Assembly (NCBI GenBank): GCA_049322915.1
Contig: JBMOPW010000003.1
Span: forward strand, 64,001-128,000
Direction of reading: 5' to 3'
Length of the DNA stretch: 64,000 nt
Source of the DNA: Candidatus Zhuqueibacterota bacterium
Lineage (GTDB): Bacteria; Zhuqueibacterota; Zhuqueibacteria; Thermofontimicrobiales; Thermofontimicrobiaceae
Every line of letters begins with the position of its first letter. Position 1 is the first letter of the stretch. Of the stretch, positions 32,396 through 42,850 are shown one piece after another. The notes beneath the pieces were generated by a model. The model searched no databases, was not told where the DNA came from, and saw nothing but the letters and a program-made list of their open reading frames with translations. Made by a program: the position numbers and the translations under genes.

Positions 32396-34777
32396 TTGAA
32401 TACGCCAATATTTTTTACGTTAGAATATAACAGGATAATTGATTATCTTGCCCGACTGGCGCTGTCCCCGTTGGGCCAGAACCTCGTTCTTCAGTTAGAG
32501 CCGCACACCGATATTGACCACATTCAACAGCGTTTGACCGAAGTCACTGAGCTGCGAAGCATTCTCGATTTCGATGATCCGTTCCCCCTGCACGGCTTAC
32601 TGGATATTTCTCCCTCGCTGAAAAAGGTGAGAATACAGGGTAATTTTTTGCCGGCCGATGAACTGGCTAACGTTGTGCAGACGCTGAACGTTGCGCGGAG
32701 AATTCATTTTTATTTCAGCGAGCGCAAAGAGAAGTACCCCGCACTGGCTCTGATTGCCAGAAACATCGCCTCGTTTCACGCCATCGAAAAACAGGTGAAT
32801 CATTGCATCGATCTCTCCACGTCGCAAATTCTGGATCGCGCCAGTCCTGCGCTGAATCGCATCCGGCGTTCGATTGAAACGCACGAACTTCGGATCCGAA
32901 AGAAGTTGGAAGACCTCGTCGCCAATTTTTCGCGCCAGAATTACCTGCAGGAAAATTTGATCACCGTGCGGGATGGCCGGCTGGTGTTGATGGTGAAAGA
33001 CGAGTTCAAGACCAAAGTCAAAGGGCTTGTGCACGATCAGTCCGCGACCGGGGCGACATTGTTCATGGAACCGCTCGAGACGCTGGAGTTGAACAATCAG
33101 GTACGAGCCTTGAAGCTATCCGAGCGCCGCGAGATTGAGGCAATACTGAGGCAATTGACCGAACTGGTTCGGGCAGAACTGCCTGCCATTCAAGCGAGCC
33201 TCGATGCGCTGGCGCAGATCGATTTCATTTACGCCAAAGCTTGTTTATCCCAGGAATTATCAGGCAGCCATCCGGCTATCAACCGCGACAATCGGCTGGA
33301 ACTGATCCGTGGGAAACATCCCCTGCTCGCGCTGCGCAAAGACCCGGCGCGGCCGGTGGTTCCCCTGGATTTGAAAATTGGGGACACGTACAAAACGCTG
33401 ATTATCAGCGGGCCCAATGCCGGCGGAAAGACGGTCGCACTGAAAACGGTGGGGCTCCTCTGCCTGATGACAGCGTGCGGCCTGCATATTCCAGCGGATC
33501 CCAGCTCCACCATTCCGATTTTCGACAACATTTTTTCATCCATTGGCGATCAGCAATCTATCGAAAATGATCTCTCGACCTTCTCGTCCCACGTGGCCAA
33601 GCTGGCGGAAATTGTCAATCGCAGCGCGGAGAAGAATTTGATCCTGATCGACGAAATCGGCTCCGGCACCGACCCGGACGAAGGCGCCTCCCTGGCCATT
33701 GCCATTCTGGAATATTTGAACCGCATCGGCTGCATCACCATTGTTTCGACCCATCAGGGGGCGTTGAAAGTATTTGCCCACGAAACAGCCGGCGTGGAAA
33801 ATGGCAGCATGGAATTTGACCGGGATACGCTGCAGCCCACCTATTATTTCCGGATCGGTATTCCCGGCTCCAGCTACGCGTTCGAAATTGCCAAACGGTG
33901 GGGATTGAAAGAAGGCATCACGCAACGGGCGCGCGAGTTGATCGGCAGCCAGAAAACCCAGGTTGAAACCCTGCTCATGGATCTGGATAATCGGATGAAA
34001 AAAAATCGCGCGCTGTCCGAAGAACTTGAAACTCGCGAGTTAGAACTCAATGAAATGATAGCCACATATCAGCAGCAGCGCGATGATTTGATGAAGCGCG
34101 AGAGCGATCTGAAAAAGAGAGCCATCGAAGAAGCAGAACAGATCGTGCAGGACGCGAACAAAGCTGTGGAGCAATCCATCAGACAAATCAAGGAACAGCA
34201 GGCAAGCCGCGAATCGATTAAACAGGCGCACGATGCTCTGAAGCACGAGCAGAAGAAAATTCAATCTGAGAAGCAAAAGATCGCCCCGACCAGAACAAAG
34301 GACAGGCCATCGCAGCCGCTGGAAACAGCGTCTCCCGGAAAGGAAGTTTTCTGGTCGACTTACCAATCGTTCGGTACAATCCTGTCAGAGCCCGACTCGG
34401 CAGGCCGCGTGCTGATACAAACCGGCGATGTGAAAGTGCGCGTGCCGCTGACTGAATTATTCAACGCGCCGGCGGCTCATTCAAAATCTGAGACGACATC
34501 GCTCACCCATTTCAATGTCAATTTTGATCGGGTGAAGACCGATGAAATAGATATTCGGGGCTATCGCGTCGATGAAGCTCTGGCTGCCGTCGATAAATTT
34601 GTCGATGAAGCGATACTCAGCGGGCTGAAAAAAGTGTATATCATTCACGGAAAGGGCACCGGCGCGCTGCGCAAGGCGATTCATCAGCTTCTCGGAAGTC
34701 ATAGCAAAGTCAGGAATAAGGGTCATGCGGATTGGAACCTCGGTGACACCGGCATGACGGTAGTGGAATTGGAATGA
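32396..34777 (+). CDS. mutS2: Endonuclease MutS2
   Basis: Motifs SGPNAGGKT, LSTFSSH and DEIGSGTDP, a coiled coil and a C-terminal Smr domain (IHGKGTG). Confidence 0.95.
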   Translation: MNTPIFFTLEYNRIIDYLARLALSPLGQNLVLQLEPHTDIDHIQQRLTEVTELRSILDFDDPFPLHGLLDISPSLKKVRIQGNFLPADELANVVQTLNVARRIHFYFSERKEKYPALALIARNIASFHAIEKQVNHCIDLSTSQILDRASPALNRIRRSIETHELRIRKKLEDLVANFSRQNYLQENLITVRDGRLVLMVKDEFKTKVKGLVHDQSATGATLFMEPLETLELNNQVRALKLSERREIEAILRQLTELVRAELPAIQASLDALAQIDFIYAKACLSQELSGSHPAINRDNRLELIRGKHPLLALRKDPARPVVPLDLKIGDTYKTLIISGPNAGGKTVALKTVGLLCLMTACGLHIPADPSSTIPIFDNIFSSIGDQQSIENDLSTFSSHVAKLAEIVNRSAEKNLILIDEIGSGTDPDEGASLAIAILEYLNRIGCITIVSTHQGALKVFAHETAGVENGSMEFDRDTLQPTYYFRIGIPGSSYAFEIAKRWGLKEGITQRARELIGSQKTQVETLLMDLDNRMKKNRALSEELETRELELNEMIATYQQQRDDLMKRESDLKKRAIEEAEQIVQDANKAVEQSIRQIKEQQASRESIKQAHDALKHEQKKIQSEKQKIAPTRTKDRPSQPLETASPGKEVFWSTYQSFGTILSEPDSAGRVLIQTGDVKVRVPLTELFNAPAAHSKSETTSLTHFNVNFDRVKTDEIDIRGYRVDEALAAVDKFVDEAILSGLKKVYIIHGKGTGALRKAIHQLLGSHSKVRNKGHADWNLGDTGMTVVELE

Positions 34778-34789
34778 AGGGAACCATCT

Positions 34790-35521
34790 TTGAATCAGGA
34801 AATCATTAAGCGAAGTCGCGCATGCCGGTTCGTCGGGGAGAAAAATGAACTCATCCGTCGATTGGAACAGGAGGGCAAGTTATTCACTCCTCAGTATTAT
34901 TGCATGAGCGAGGGCGGGTATTGCGCGGATGAAAACGTGTGCGTCGCATTGGTCTCGCGCGCCCACCTGCCAACCCGATACGGGGAATTTGATATAGCCA
35001 TTTTTCAGAACAACAAGGATGCAAAAGACCATATCGCCATTACCCGGGGCGATTTGAAAAATGCAACCGAAGTGCCTGTGCGCGTTCATTCCCAATGCCA
35101 GACCGGTGATATTTTTGGATCGCTGCGCTGCGATTGCCGCGATCAACTGGAACATGCGTTGAAAACATTTGCCACCCGGGATAAAGCAGCGCTGTTGTAT
35201 TTGAAACAGGAGGGCCGCGGCATTGGATTGGCGAATAAAATTCGCGCTTACCATTTGCAGGAACAGGGATTGGATACAGTCGAGGCCAACGAAGCGTTGG
35301 GTTTTCCAGACGATGCCCGTACCTATGAAATCGCCTCGGCAATGATTAAACTGCTGGAGATCGAATCGATTGTCCTTCTCACCAACAATCCGGAGAAATT
35401 GAAGGGATTGACGGATCACGGCATTCGCATTGTTCGAAGAGAGCCGATCATCATGCCGGCTAATCCGCATAATGTTGATTATCTGGCGACGAAAAAAAAT
35501 AAAGCCGGCCATCTGTTGTAA
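34790..35521 (+). CDS. ribA: GTP cyclohydrolase II with N-terminal extension
   Basis: Motifs RVHSQCQTGD..GSLRCDC, QEGRGIGL and LLTNNP.K. Confidence 0.92.
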   Translation: MNQEIIKRSRACRFVGEKNELIRRLEQEGKLFTPQYYCMSEGGYCADENVCVALVSRAHLPTRYGEFDIAIFQNNKDAKDHIAITRGDLKNATEVPVRVHSQCQTGDIFGSLRCDCRDQLEHALKTFATRDKAALLYLKQEGRGIGLANKIRAYHLQEQGLDTVEANEALGFPDDARTYEIASAMIKLLEIESIVLLTNNPEKLKGLTDHGIRIVRREPIIMPANPHNVDYLATKKNKAGHLL

Positions 35522-35568
35522 CGCGGTCCGAACCGAAGCCAGGCGCGGGTATTAAATTACTTTGTGGT

Positions 35569-35804
35569 GCGGCTGCTCAGGGTCCAGGTTTAAAGGTTTC
35601 CGGTTCAGGGTTAAAAAGAATATTGATTTACAAAATCCTGACAGAAGCGTTTAGCGACAAGAAAAACAGCATGTTCAGATGGAATTACCCTGTCAGCAAA
35701 TGGGTGAAACCCTGCCATATTCTATGCATTGCTATTGAAAAAACTGATGGCTGGTGGCTGAATGCTGTTCGCTGAACTCTGAACTTGCCCACCTGAGTCG
35801 TTAC
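35569..35804. mobile_element. Degenerate MITE with IS66-like ends
   Basis: Right end CCTGAGTCGTTAC, left end GCGGCTGCTCAGG. The 8 bp flanks TTTGTGGT and TTTATTGT match at 6 of 8. Confidence 0.45.
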
Positions 35805-35895
35805 TTTATTGTTAATGCAATGAGGGATTGTGGGCTGAACAAAGTCATTCCCGGTGATAGCCCCGCGACATGTGGAAAAAAGTTTAAGAAAGTAT

Positions 35896-35924
35896 TTGAC
35901 AAATTGATTTTTTTTTGTTACCTT
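35896..35924 (+). promoter_or_regulatory. Putative sigma70 promoter
   Basis: TTGACA-17 bp-TACCTT upstream of 36006. Confidence 0.6.
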
Positions 35925-36005
35925 TTATTGAAATTTGGCTATCGTTATTTCTATAAAGTACAAACATTAACGTTGCATGTTTAATACAATCTTTTAACAA
36001 ATTCT

Positions 36006-36869
36006 ATGGTTAACAACAGAGAGGTCGGTGACTCCATGACGCATGCAGTGGATGAAGAAGTGGTTGAATTCAACGAGGACTTTGAGAAATTCACCGCCGA
36101 TATTCAATTCCTCGTGGATGAAGTCAAGCAGGAGGTTCAAAAAACTCTTGATGATTTCCAGCACAATCAGAAGATGCATGCTGAAAAAATCACCCAACTT
36201 GAAGCGATTTTTCAGGGTGAAATTGACCTCATCCGTGAAAATTTCAAGCGATTGCAGGACGAGATCGAATCATTCAAACAGAGCGCATTATCCATCGTGG
36301 AAAATAATGCCGCGGCCGAGTCATCTGGAACTCAGAACCAGTATGCCCAACGCCTCGATGACATCGAGAGAAAATTCGACAGCATTTCCCAGTTCAGTGA
36401 CCTGACGCCGGATAAGCTTCGCGAAGAATTGATTGCCGGCATTCGCATGCTGGGCGAGCGCGTTTCAAAAGCCATCTCCGACATCAATGGCCGATTCGAA
36501 AATCTCACAGCAAGCATTGCGACGCAGCCGGCGGCAGAACCGATTCCCCCAAAGGAACCGGTGGAGGCCGCTTTTGCGCCCATCAAAGAGAGCGGCCTGT
36601 TAGAAAAAACAGATTTCGAACTGGTCCCCCGCGACGCGGTAAAACGGCTGTCCGAGCTTTTCAGAAAGCAGTCGTCCGCGATTAAATCCTTCATTGACAA
36701 ACAGGAATCCAAACTGACTGAGTTTGAATCGCTCCTCCGAACGTACGATAAAGAGAATTCCACGCTGCTTGAACTGTTAGAAAAGAGAGTGAAGCGGAAC
36801 TTCATCATTTCTATCATGGCGATTATTGCAGTTTTAATGGGGTCCGTTTTTTTGAACCTGGTCATGTAA
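36006..36869 (+). CDS. Hypothetical acidic coiled-coil protein with a C-terminal TM anchor
   Basis: 287 aa ORF, rich in E/D/K heptads, ending in a hydrophobic helix. Confidence 0.75.
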   Translation: MVNNREVGDSMTHAVDEEVVEFNEDFEKFTADIQFLVDEVKQEVQKTLDDFQHNQKMHAEKITQLEAIFQGEIDLIRENFKRLQDEIESFKQSALSIVENNAAAESSGTQNQYAQRLDDIERKFDSISQFSDLTPDKLREELIAGIRMLGERVSKAISDINGRFENLTASIATQPAAEPIPPKEPVEAAFAPIKESGLLEKTDFELVPRDAVKRLSELFRKQSSAIKSFIDKQESKLTEFESLLRTYDKENSTLLELLEKRVKRNFIISIMAIIAVLMGSVFLNLVM

Positions 36870-37115
36870 TCCCGGTAGCCTTGCCTCGCTCCACCGAAAT
36901 TCTTCCCTGATACAAGTCCCAAGCTGACGCGGTGGGAATTATTTTAATAGCAGGTCGTTAGCGCATTCCTCGTATTTCAATGCGGCGCCTTCAGCAGGCT
37001 ACGCTGTGTTTTGGTCCGCCCGAAACAAATGACATCTACGTTGCTCTCATCCGCCATTCGCAGAATCAGCGACGCGGCACAGCAGCGTATTTTTACATTG
37101 AATCTTTTCGGCCGG

Positions 37116-37625
37116 CTACTGGGCAATTTTCTCGGCTAAATCCGCTAACAATTCCAGCACTTTGAACAATTTAGTTTTCTTGATAATCTTCCCGGATTCC
37201 TCATAAATGAGTTTGTCCCCATCGAGGATCATCAGAAATTCTCCCAATTCCATGAGCGTCGCCCGGATGGATGGCGGGAATAGCTTGACCAGGTCATCCA
37301 CATTGTTGCCTTCGACAATATATTTTTTATCGAACGAGCGGTCGTTGAACATGATGTCCCTGGTGCCGAATAACTTGGTCAGTTTTTGAATGATCCCTTC
37401 GCGGTAGATTTTCAGTTTGAACTTGCGTTTATTTTCGATCAAAAGTTCGAAATGGGTCAGGAAGATATGCACCTTTGGCGCAGCCGGAATGAAGATCATT
37501 TTCAATACAAACGGCAGGCCTCTGTAGCTGCCGGTCACCAGCGACATTCCATCCTCGCTGATGCGGTACTTTCCACCCACCTCATTCGCGAAATCCTTCC
37601 AGGGATTTTCTGTGTCTTGCAACAT
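37116..37625 (-). CDS. Hypothetical protein
   Basis: 169 aa ORF with protein-like composition and no recognised function. Confidence 0.7.
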   Translation of the reverse strand: MLQDTENPWKDFANEVGGKYRISEDGMSLVTGSYRGLPFVLKMIFIPAAPKVHIFLTHFELLIENKRKFKLKIYREGIIQKLTKLFGTRDIMFNDRSFDKKYIVEGNNVDDLVKLFPPSIRATLMELGEFLMILDGDKLIYEESGKIIKKTKLFKVLELLADLAEKIAQ

Positions 37626-37849
37626 ATCGATTGTGCCTTTTGGTTAATGTTATTGACGAAACCCGGAATGGGACCGTCGACTCACTACGCTTTTTTCCAG
37701 GCACCCTCTCTCCAAACCGCGGGCGATGTTTTCACTCAGTCAAAGTCCAAATGTGATTGCTTCCACCTGTGGCTGACAGCCGCAATCAGTACCCGGTCAA
37801 AAACGCTGCGATGCAATGCGCAGAGCGCGAAGAACAGCCTGTCTGTCAC

Positions 37850-40342
37850 TCACTTCATCAATACTATTTTTCGAGTCAGGACATCACCATTGCTTGCCGC
37901 ACGGATGAAATAGACTCCGCTCGTCAGAGATTCCCCCAATGCATCGCTGCCGTCCCAATCGATTTTAAAATTCCCGCTTTCAACGCGTTCATTCATTAAC
38001 GTCCGGATCAACTGACCGCGAGCATTGAAAATCGTAATCCGCATGACGCCCGGTTGCTGAACGGAGAAGGACACGGTGGTGCTGTTGTTGAATGGGTTGG
38101 GTACGTTCTGCGACAATGAAAAGCCAGCGCCCTGATTGTCGATGGCCTCCCGGCTGACGCCAGACTCAATTTTAATATATTTGATGGCGACGTCATCCAG
38201 ATACCAGCCGGCCAGGGGCGCTGCATTGTCTCCGTCGCTCCCGAAACGAAACCGCAGATGGAGCCGGGTCGCTGCGCACGACGCCAGGTCGAAAACCTCC
38301 GACTGCCAGGGATGGCTGCCGGAAAAAATCCCAGTGCCCGGGGCAAAGGGTCCGGATTCAATCCCATCGGGAATGGCAAATGGGTAACCATCCACAGGGG
38401 AAAGCTGCATCCACGCCGAGGTGGTATCCGGCCGCCACTCGACAATTCCCCCGTCGTACGCAAAGGAAGGATCGTCGGCATCGGTTTCGGCCTCCATCCA
38501 GGAATAAAAAGTCAGTTCAATCCGCTTCGCTGGCGGCACATCGAAGGCAGGCGCATAAAGCGAGCCATCCGCTGAATCAGGATAGGTCCGGCTCAGGCAT
38601 GTCGCCCACACGTTCCCGCCCGAGTTAGCCTGGGCTGGCCCGACGCCCGGCTTTCCCCATTGCCACAACATATCGCCCGCTGTGAAATTGCCGTTACCGG
38701 TTTCAAAGTCCGCCCTGAAAAGAAATTCGGCCGGCGACATGTTGTAATGAAGCGACCGATTCTCAAAAACAGCGATGGAATCGGTTTCGCTCATGAATTC
38801 ATTGCTGGTAATTTTCACGGCATAGTGACCGGCCGGGACCAGGAGTTGAAAGGAGCCATCCATTTGCGTCGCCGCAGAAAAACGGCCAGGCCCGGTGAAT
38901 TGAAGATTCGCTGCCACCGGCGCTCCGCTGATGCTGTGCGCCACTGTGCCGGTAATATTGTAGCTATCGGTTGGCGCCAATCGAACATCCAGCCGGGTTG
39001 TCTTCCCGGCTGAAACGATGACGGAATCGACCTGCCGCGCATGATACCCGTCCGCCAGGAAACGCAGCGAATACACGCCGGGGAGCAGCATGCGGTAATA
39101 GTCGCCCATATCAGGATCGCTGTACACAGCGTGTTCGTTGCCGACAACTTCAATCGTGGCAGCAATCGGCAGTCCGGTGAGCGAATCCGAAATGACGCCC
39201 CGCACGCCCCAGTGAACCGCTTCGAGGTAGGCGAGCATGGATTCCCGGTTGTCCTCCCAGAACGTCGGCAGCAGCGACGCCGCCGGCCAGGAAACATCGC
39301 TGAGTTCAATCGTCACCTCGTTGGCGCCGCAATAGATATAGTTCCAATCCTGCATGCCGCCGTAAATGACATACCAGTCCGCGCCATTGGTGATGCCGTA
39401 TTGAAAATCCAGGCTGCTCCACATGGGCGCATTGTGAATCGAGTAAGCCTTCGCCAATGTCACGAACAATTCATCGTCCGGGCATACGGTGTAAACCGGC
39501 AGACCGGTCGAGTTGGAATCGTACGGATAATTCACCACCACCACACCTGTGTGAAAATTGGCCGAGAGCACGAACGAATGGTTGAATCCGAAATTCATCA
39601 CCGCCTGGGTCTCCAATTGGCGGCCGACAATGGAGTTGTTCGGGTCGTCGATACGGTCCGGGAAATTCCGGTTCAAGTCAATGCCATTTTGATTCCAGCG
39701 CCGGCGCGCGATGTAGCCATCCGGGTTCATAAGCGGCATGATCCAGATTTCCGTCTCATCCACCAAAAAGGTGATTCGGGAATCCTGGCCATAATTCTCT
39801 AACAGGTGTCGCATGAAGTACAGGCACAATTCCATGCCCACCGGTTCATCGCCGTGCATGGAAGAAATATATTTGAATTCCGGCTCAACTTCTTCAGCGG
39901 CGACATGATCGCTTATTTTCACAAACCAGAGATCGCGGCCAAGCACCGATTTCCCAATGCTCTGAAGCTGACACAGATTCGGGTACTGCTGCGCCAGCAG
40001 TTGCAGCTCCGCTGTCAATTCATCAAACGTGTGATAGGCATCCATGGGATTCGCGCTGTTCTTCGTGGCCAACCAGAGGCTGTCCGCGTATTGCCGTGAA
40101 ACGTCCGGCTCAATGGCGATTTCGAAACCGGCGGCAATCAGCCGATGCTGTTCGGCTGAAGTCACATAGGCGTACACATTCCGGCGCACATCGACTTTCA
40201 CAATATCAAATTTCTGCTGAGCCAGCCAGGAGATGTCCTGAGATGACACGTTCGCTATTTTCATCAGAACGGCGTCCGATTGGGCGAACATCGGAACTGC
40301 GAGAGCAAGAATGATTGCAACGATGGAAATGAAAGATTTCAT
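37850..40342 (-). CDS. Secreted M14 (N/E-type) zinc carboxypeptidase with carboxypeptidase-regulatory repeats and a FlgD/T9SS-like C-terminal domain
   Basis: HGDE, LNRNFP, ANFHTG and GGMQDWNY motifs. C-terminal QNVPNPFN...WDG...SGVYFIR. Confidence 0.9.
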   Translation of the reverse strand: MKSFISIVAIILALAVPMFAQSDAVLMKIANVSSQDISWLAQQKFDIVKVDVRRNVYAYVTSAEQHRLIAAGFEIAIEPDVSRQYADSLWLATKNSANPMDAYHTFDELTAELQLLAQQYPNLCQLQSIGKSVLGRDLWFVKISDHVAAEEVEPEFKYISSMHGDEPVGMELCLYFMRHLLENYGQDSRITFLVDETEIWIMPLMNPDGYIARRRWNQNGIDLNRNFPDRIDDPNNSIVGRQLETQAVMNFGFNHSFVLSANFHTGVVVVNYPYDSNSTGLPVYTVCPDDELFVTLAKAYSIHNAPMWSSLDFQYGITNGADWYVIYGGMQDWNYIYCGANEVTIELSDVSWPAASLLPTFWEDNRESMLAYLEAVHWGVRGVISDSLTGLPIAATIEVVGNEHAVYSDPDMGDYYRMLLPGVYSLRFLADGYHARQVDSVIVSAGKTTRLDVRLAPTDSYNITGTVAHSISGAPVAANLQFTGPGRFSAATQMDGSFQLLVPAGHYAVKITSNEFMSETDSIAVFENRSLHYNMSPAEFLFRADFETGNGNFTAGDMLWQWGKPGVGPAQANSGGNVWATCLSRTYPDSADGSLYAPAFDVPPAKRIELTFYSWMEAETDADDPSFAYDGGIVEWRPDTTSAWMQLSPVDGYPFAIPDGIESGPFAPGTGIFSGSHPWQSEVFDLASCAATRLHLRFRFGSDGDNAAPLAGWYLDDVAIKYIKIESGVSREAIDNQGAGFSLSQNVPNPFNNSTTVSFSVQQPGVMRITIFNARGQLIRTLMNERVESGNFKIDWDGSDALGESLTSGVYFIRAASNGDVLTRKIVLMK

Positions 40343-40375
40343 AGGCGAATAGAATTTGTATTATTTTTTCTGATC

Positions 40376-40397
40376 GCCCGGGATATTTATCCCGGGC
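40376..40397. repeat. Perfect palindrome (REP-like element or terminator)
   Basis: GCCCGGGATA-TT-TATCCCGGGC. Confidence 0.55.
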
Positions 40398-40447
40398 ATC
40401 CGGATCAGGAGTTTACCAGTTCACGTCCGGCGCGTTTATCCTTTGTG

Positions 40448-41689
40448 TCAACGCGCCAGTTCAGTTTTCAGCATCAGGCCGAATCGTCGCATCCCTTCAT
40501 CGATTTCCTCCGCCGAAACCATGCTGAAGCTGGCGCGCACGTTGTTCGTGCAACCGTTTTGCGATGAAAATGCGTCACCGGGCACCAGCAGCACCTTGAC
40601 CTGACTGGATTGCTCGTCGATCATCCGGCGGGCGTTGCACGATTCCGGCAATTCGAACCAGATGAACATGCCCTCTCCCGGGATATTGAACCTGACCGAT
40701 GACGGCAGATATTTCTTCGCCGCTGCCACCATCGCGTCCCGATTCACGCGGTACGATTCGCAATTCTTCCGAATGAGTTCCCTGAAATTTTTATACCCGG
40801 CTGCCTGCAGATAGCGCAACAGGATGACCTGAATGAACGTGCTCGTGTGCAAATTGGCGGACTGCTTGAACAGGACGAACTGCCGCATGATTTCCGCCGG
40901 CCCGGAGACATATCCGATGCGCAGGCCCGGCGCGAAAATCTTTGAAAAGCTGTCCAGCCGAATCACCCGGCCGTGGGTGTCGAGAGACTGCAAGGTTGGA
41001 AGCTGGGGACTGTTGTCGAGTTTGACCAACTGATAGGGATCATCCTCCAAAATGAGCAGATCATAGGCATTGGCCAGTTCCAGCATGTGCTTGCGCCGAT
41101 CCAGCGCCAGGGCCACTCCGCCCGGGTTGTGGCCGTTGGGAATTTCGTAAATGAATTTGGGCAGTGGTTCGCCCGTCTTTTCGATCATTCGGAGCCTTTG
41201 CTCCAGAATGTCCGTCTGCATCCCGTGAGCGTCCAGCGGGATGGCAATGAAATTGTTGGTGAACGACCGGAACGCGGATAGCGTCCCCGGGTAAATTGGT
41301 TCGGATAGCACAATGCGGTCATCGTGGTTGGCGAACAGATACGGCATGATGAACAGACCTTCCTGGCAGCCATTGAGCACGACGATTTGATCGTCGTTCA
41401 GGTCCACGCCGTCCTTGAATTTCTGCCAGCCCTGAAGTTCTTTTTTCAGATTGGCGTTCGCATCCGACGGGCCATATTGGGAGGCTGTGGTCAATTCTTC
41501 GCCATTGATCGAGATTTCCCGTCCGTCCTTAAATTGAATTTTAACGCTATCAAATACAAACGTGTCCGGGTTGGGATAGCCCCCGCCCAATGAAATCATG
41601 CCTTCAATGTTCATAAATTTTTGCAGTTCCCGGATTGCCGAAGGCGCTTTGCCCCGGGCTCGCTCCGCTAATCGTTCCTGAATATCCAT
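40448..41689 (-). CDS. PLP-dependent class I aminotransferase (2-aminoadipate transaminase-like)
   Basis: Motifs ISLGGGYP, QYG, NPGG, EDDPY and SFSKIFAPGLRIG. Confidence 0.9.
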   Translation of the reverse strand: MDIQERLAERARGKAPSAIRELQKFMNIEGMISLGGGYPNPDTFVFDSVKIQFKDGREISINGEELTTASQYGPSDANANLKKELQGWQKFKDGVDLNDDQIVVLNGCQEGLFIMPYLFANHDDRIVLSEPIYPGTLSAFRSFTNNFIAIPLDAHGMQTDILEQRLRMIEKTGEPLPKFIYEIPNGHNPGGVALALDRRKHMLELANAYDLLILEDDPYQLVKLDNSPQLPTLQSLDTHGRVIRLDSFSKIFAPGLRIGYVSGPAEIMRQFVLFKQSANLHTSTFIQVILLRYLQAAGYKNFRELIRKNCESYRVNRDAMVAAAKKYLPSSVRFNIPGEGMFIWFELPESCNARRMIDEQSSQVKVLLVPGDAFSSQNGCTNNVRASFSMVSAEEIDEGMRRFGLMLKTELAR

Positions 41690-42040
41690 GCAATACCTCG
41701 GCGTGTGTTTGAATATAACATCGGGGTGATTAAAATTATCGGCTCCATGACATTCAGCCAGTCAACCTGTAACCTTCAGAGTAACTGCTATTTCCTTGTT
41801 TTTCTCACAGCAGTCAATCCCCTGACCGCAACCGCCGGGACCAGCTCTTTTTCTCCATCGGAAAATTGGAGCGCAATATGTCCGGCAGCGGATTTGAACG
41901 GCCGGGAATTGAACGAATGTCAGGCGAATATAAGAAAAATAATTTACAGAAGCAATATCAAATCAACGAAGGATTGCTGAGAAATGAGGGATCGCCGGGC
42001 AATGACCGGCCAGCGCCCGGCTGAACGCCAATGGGACGGT

Positions 42041-42844
42041 CTATTCAGGATTTTTGAACAGCGCCCTCAGATTGACGGGCTCGGTATTGCTGCGCTCAAT
42101 CAGCGCCACTGCGGTGTTTTGCATGATCTGGAATTTATGACATTCCAGTTTTTCCCGCGCCGATTGCAGGTCATAATCGGATTTTCGGTTGCTCCACGCT
42201 TCAGGGAGACCCGGGGTCACTTTCACGTCATCCTCCATGAACAGGATGCGATTGATCCATTCTCCCACCTGATGCTGCAATTGCGATATTTGCTGGATGG
42301 CCTGTTCGATGACGCCGAGACTCTCATGCGAGAAATTCTCAGTGAGGGAGCGCGTTCCCAGCGATGCGCTGGAACAATCATCTTTGAGAGAAATCACCAA
42401 CGCCTCCGGAATGGCGCCAGCAAGAACGAATTCCCGCCGGCCAAAACTGCCATTTAGCAGGGTGTCATTCCCGTAGCGGGTTTGCAGCACAATGCGGTCG
42501 ATCTCATCGTTCAGACTCTCCAGCTTCATGGAGAAAAGAAATCGCTCGGCCAGAATCGATCGTTCGTTCACTGCCTGAAACATCTTTTTCTGCATGGCCA
42601 GCACATTGTCATTGATCCTCATGAGACTGCCCTCGGCCAGGGCGAGCAGTTTTTTCAAATCCGCCACGGAGTGAATCGCACCCCCGGGATCGACGTTCTG
42701 GTATTTAACCGACTGATAATTTTCCCGTCGGTCGGCCAGCGCCTCATTGAATTTTACACTCATCGAAAGGCGATAGTGTGGCTCTGTTTCAGCGCCATTT
42801 ATTAGACCCTTGTCTGCGGTTTTGTCCTGCAAAGATTCTCTCAT
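42041..42844 (-). CDS. Highly diverged flagellin-like protein
   Basis: AEGSL..INDNV and LNDEIDRIVLQTRYGNDTLLNG resemble flagellin N-terminal helices. IEQAIQQISQLQHQVG..NRI and FQIMQNTAVALIERSNTEPVNLRALF resemble the flagellin C-terminus. Confidence 0.7.
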   Translation of the reverse strand: MRESLQDKTADKGLINGAETEPHYRLSMSVKFNEALADRRENYQSVKYQNVDPGGAIHSVADLKKLLALAEGSLMRINDNVLAMQKKMFQAVNERSILAERFLFSMKLESLNDEIDRIVLQTRYGNDTLLNGSFGRREFVLAGAIPEALVISLKDDCSSASLGTRSLTENFSHESLGVIEQAIQQISQLQHQVGEWINRILFMEDDVKVTPGLPEAWSNRKSDYDLQSAREKLECHKFQIMQNTAVALIERSNTEPVNLRALFKNPE

Positions 42845-42850
42845 GTTGCG

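Noticed and set aside
35690..35720. c-di-GMP-I riboswitch-like GCAAA...GAAA motif
   Set aside because: The second stem and downstream GCAAAG are missing, and the motif lies inside a putative MITE.
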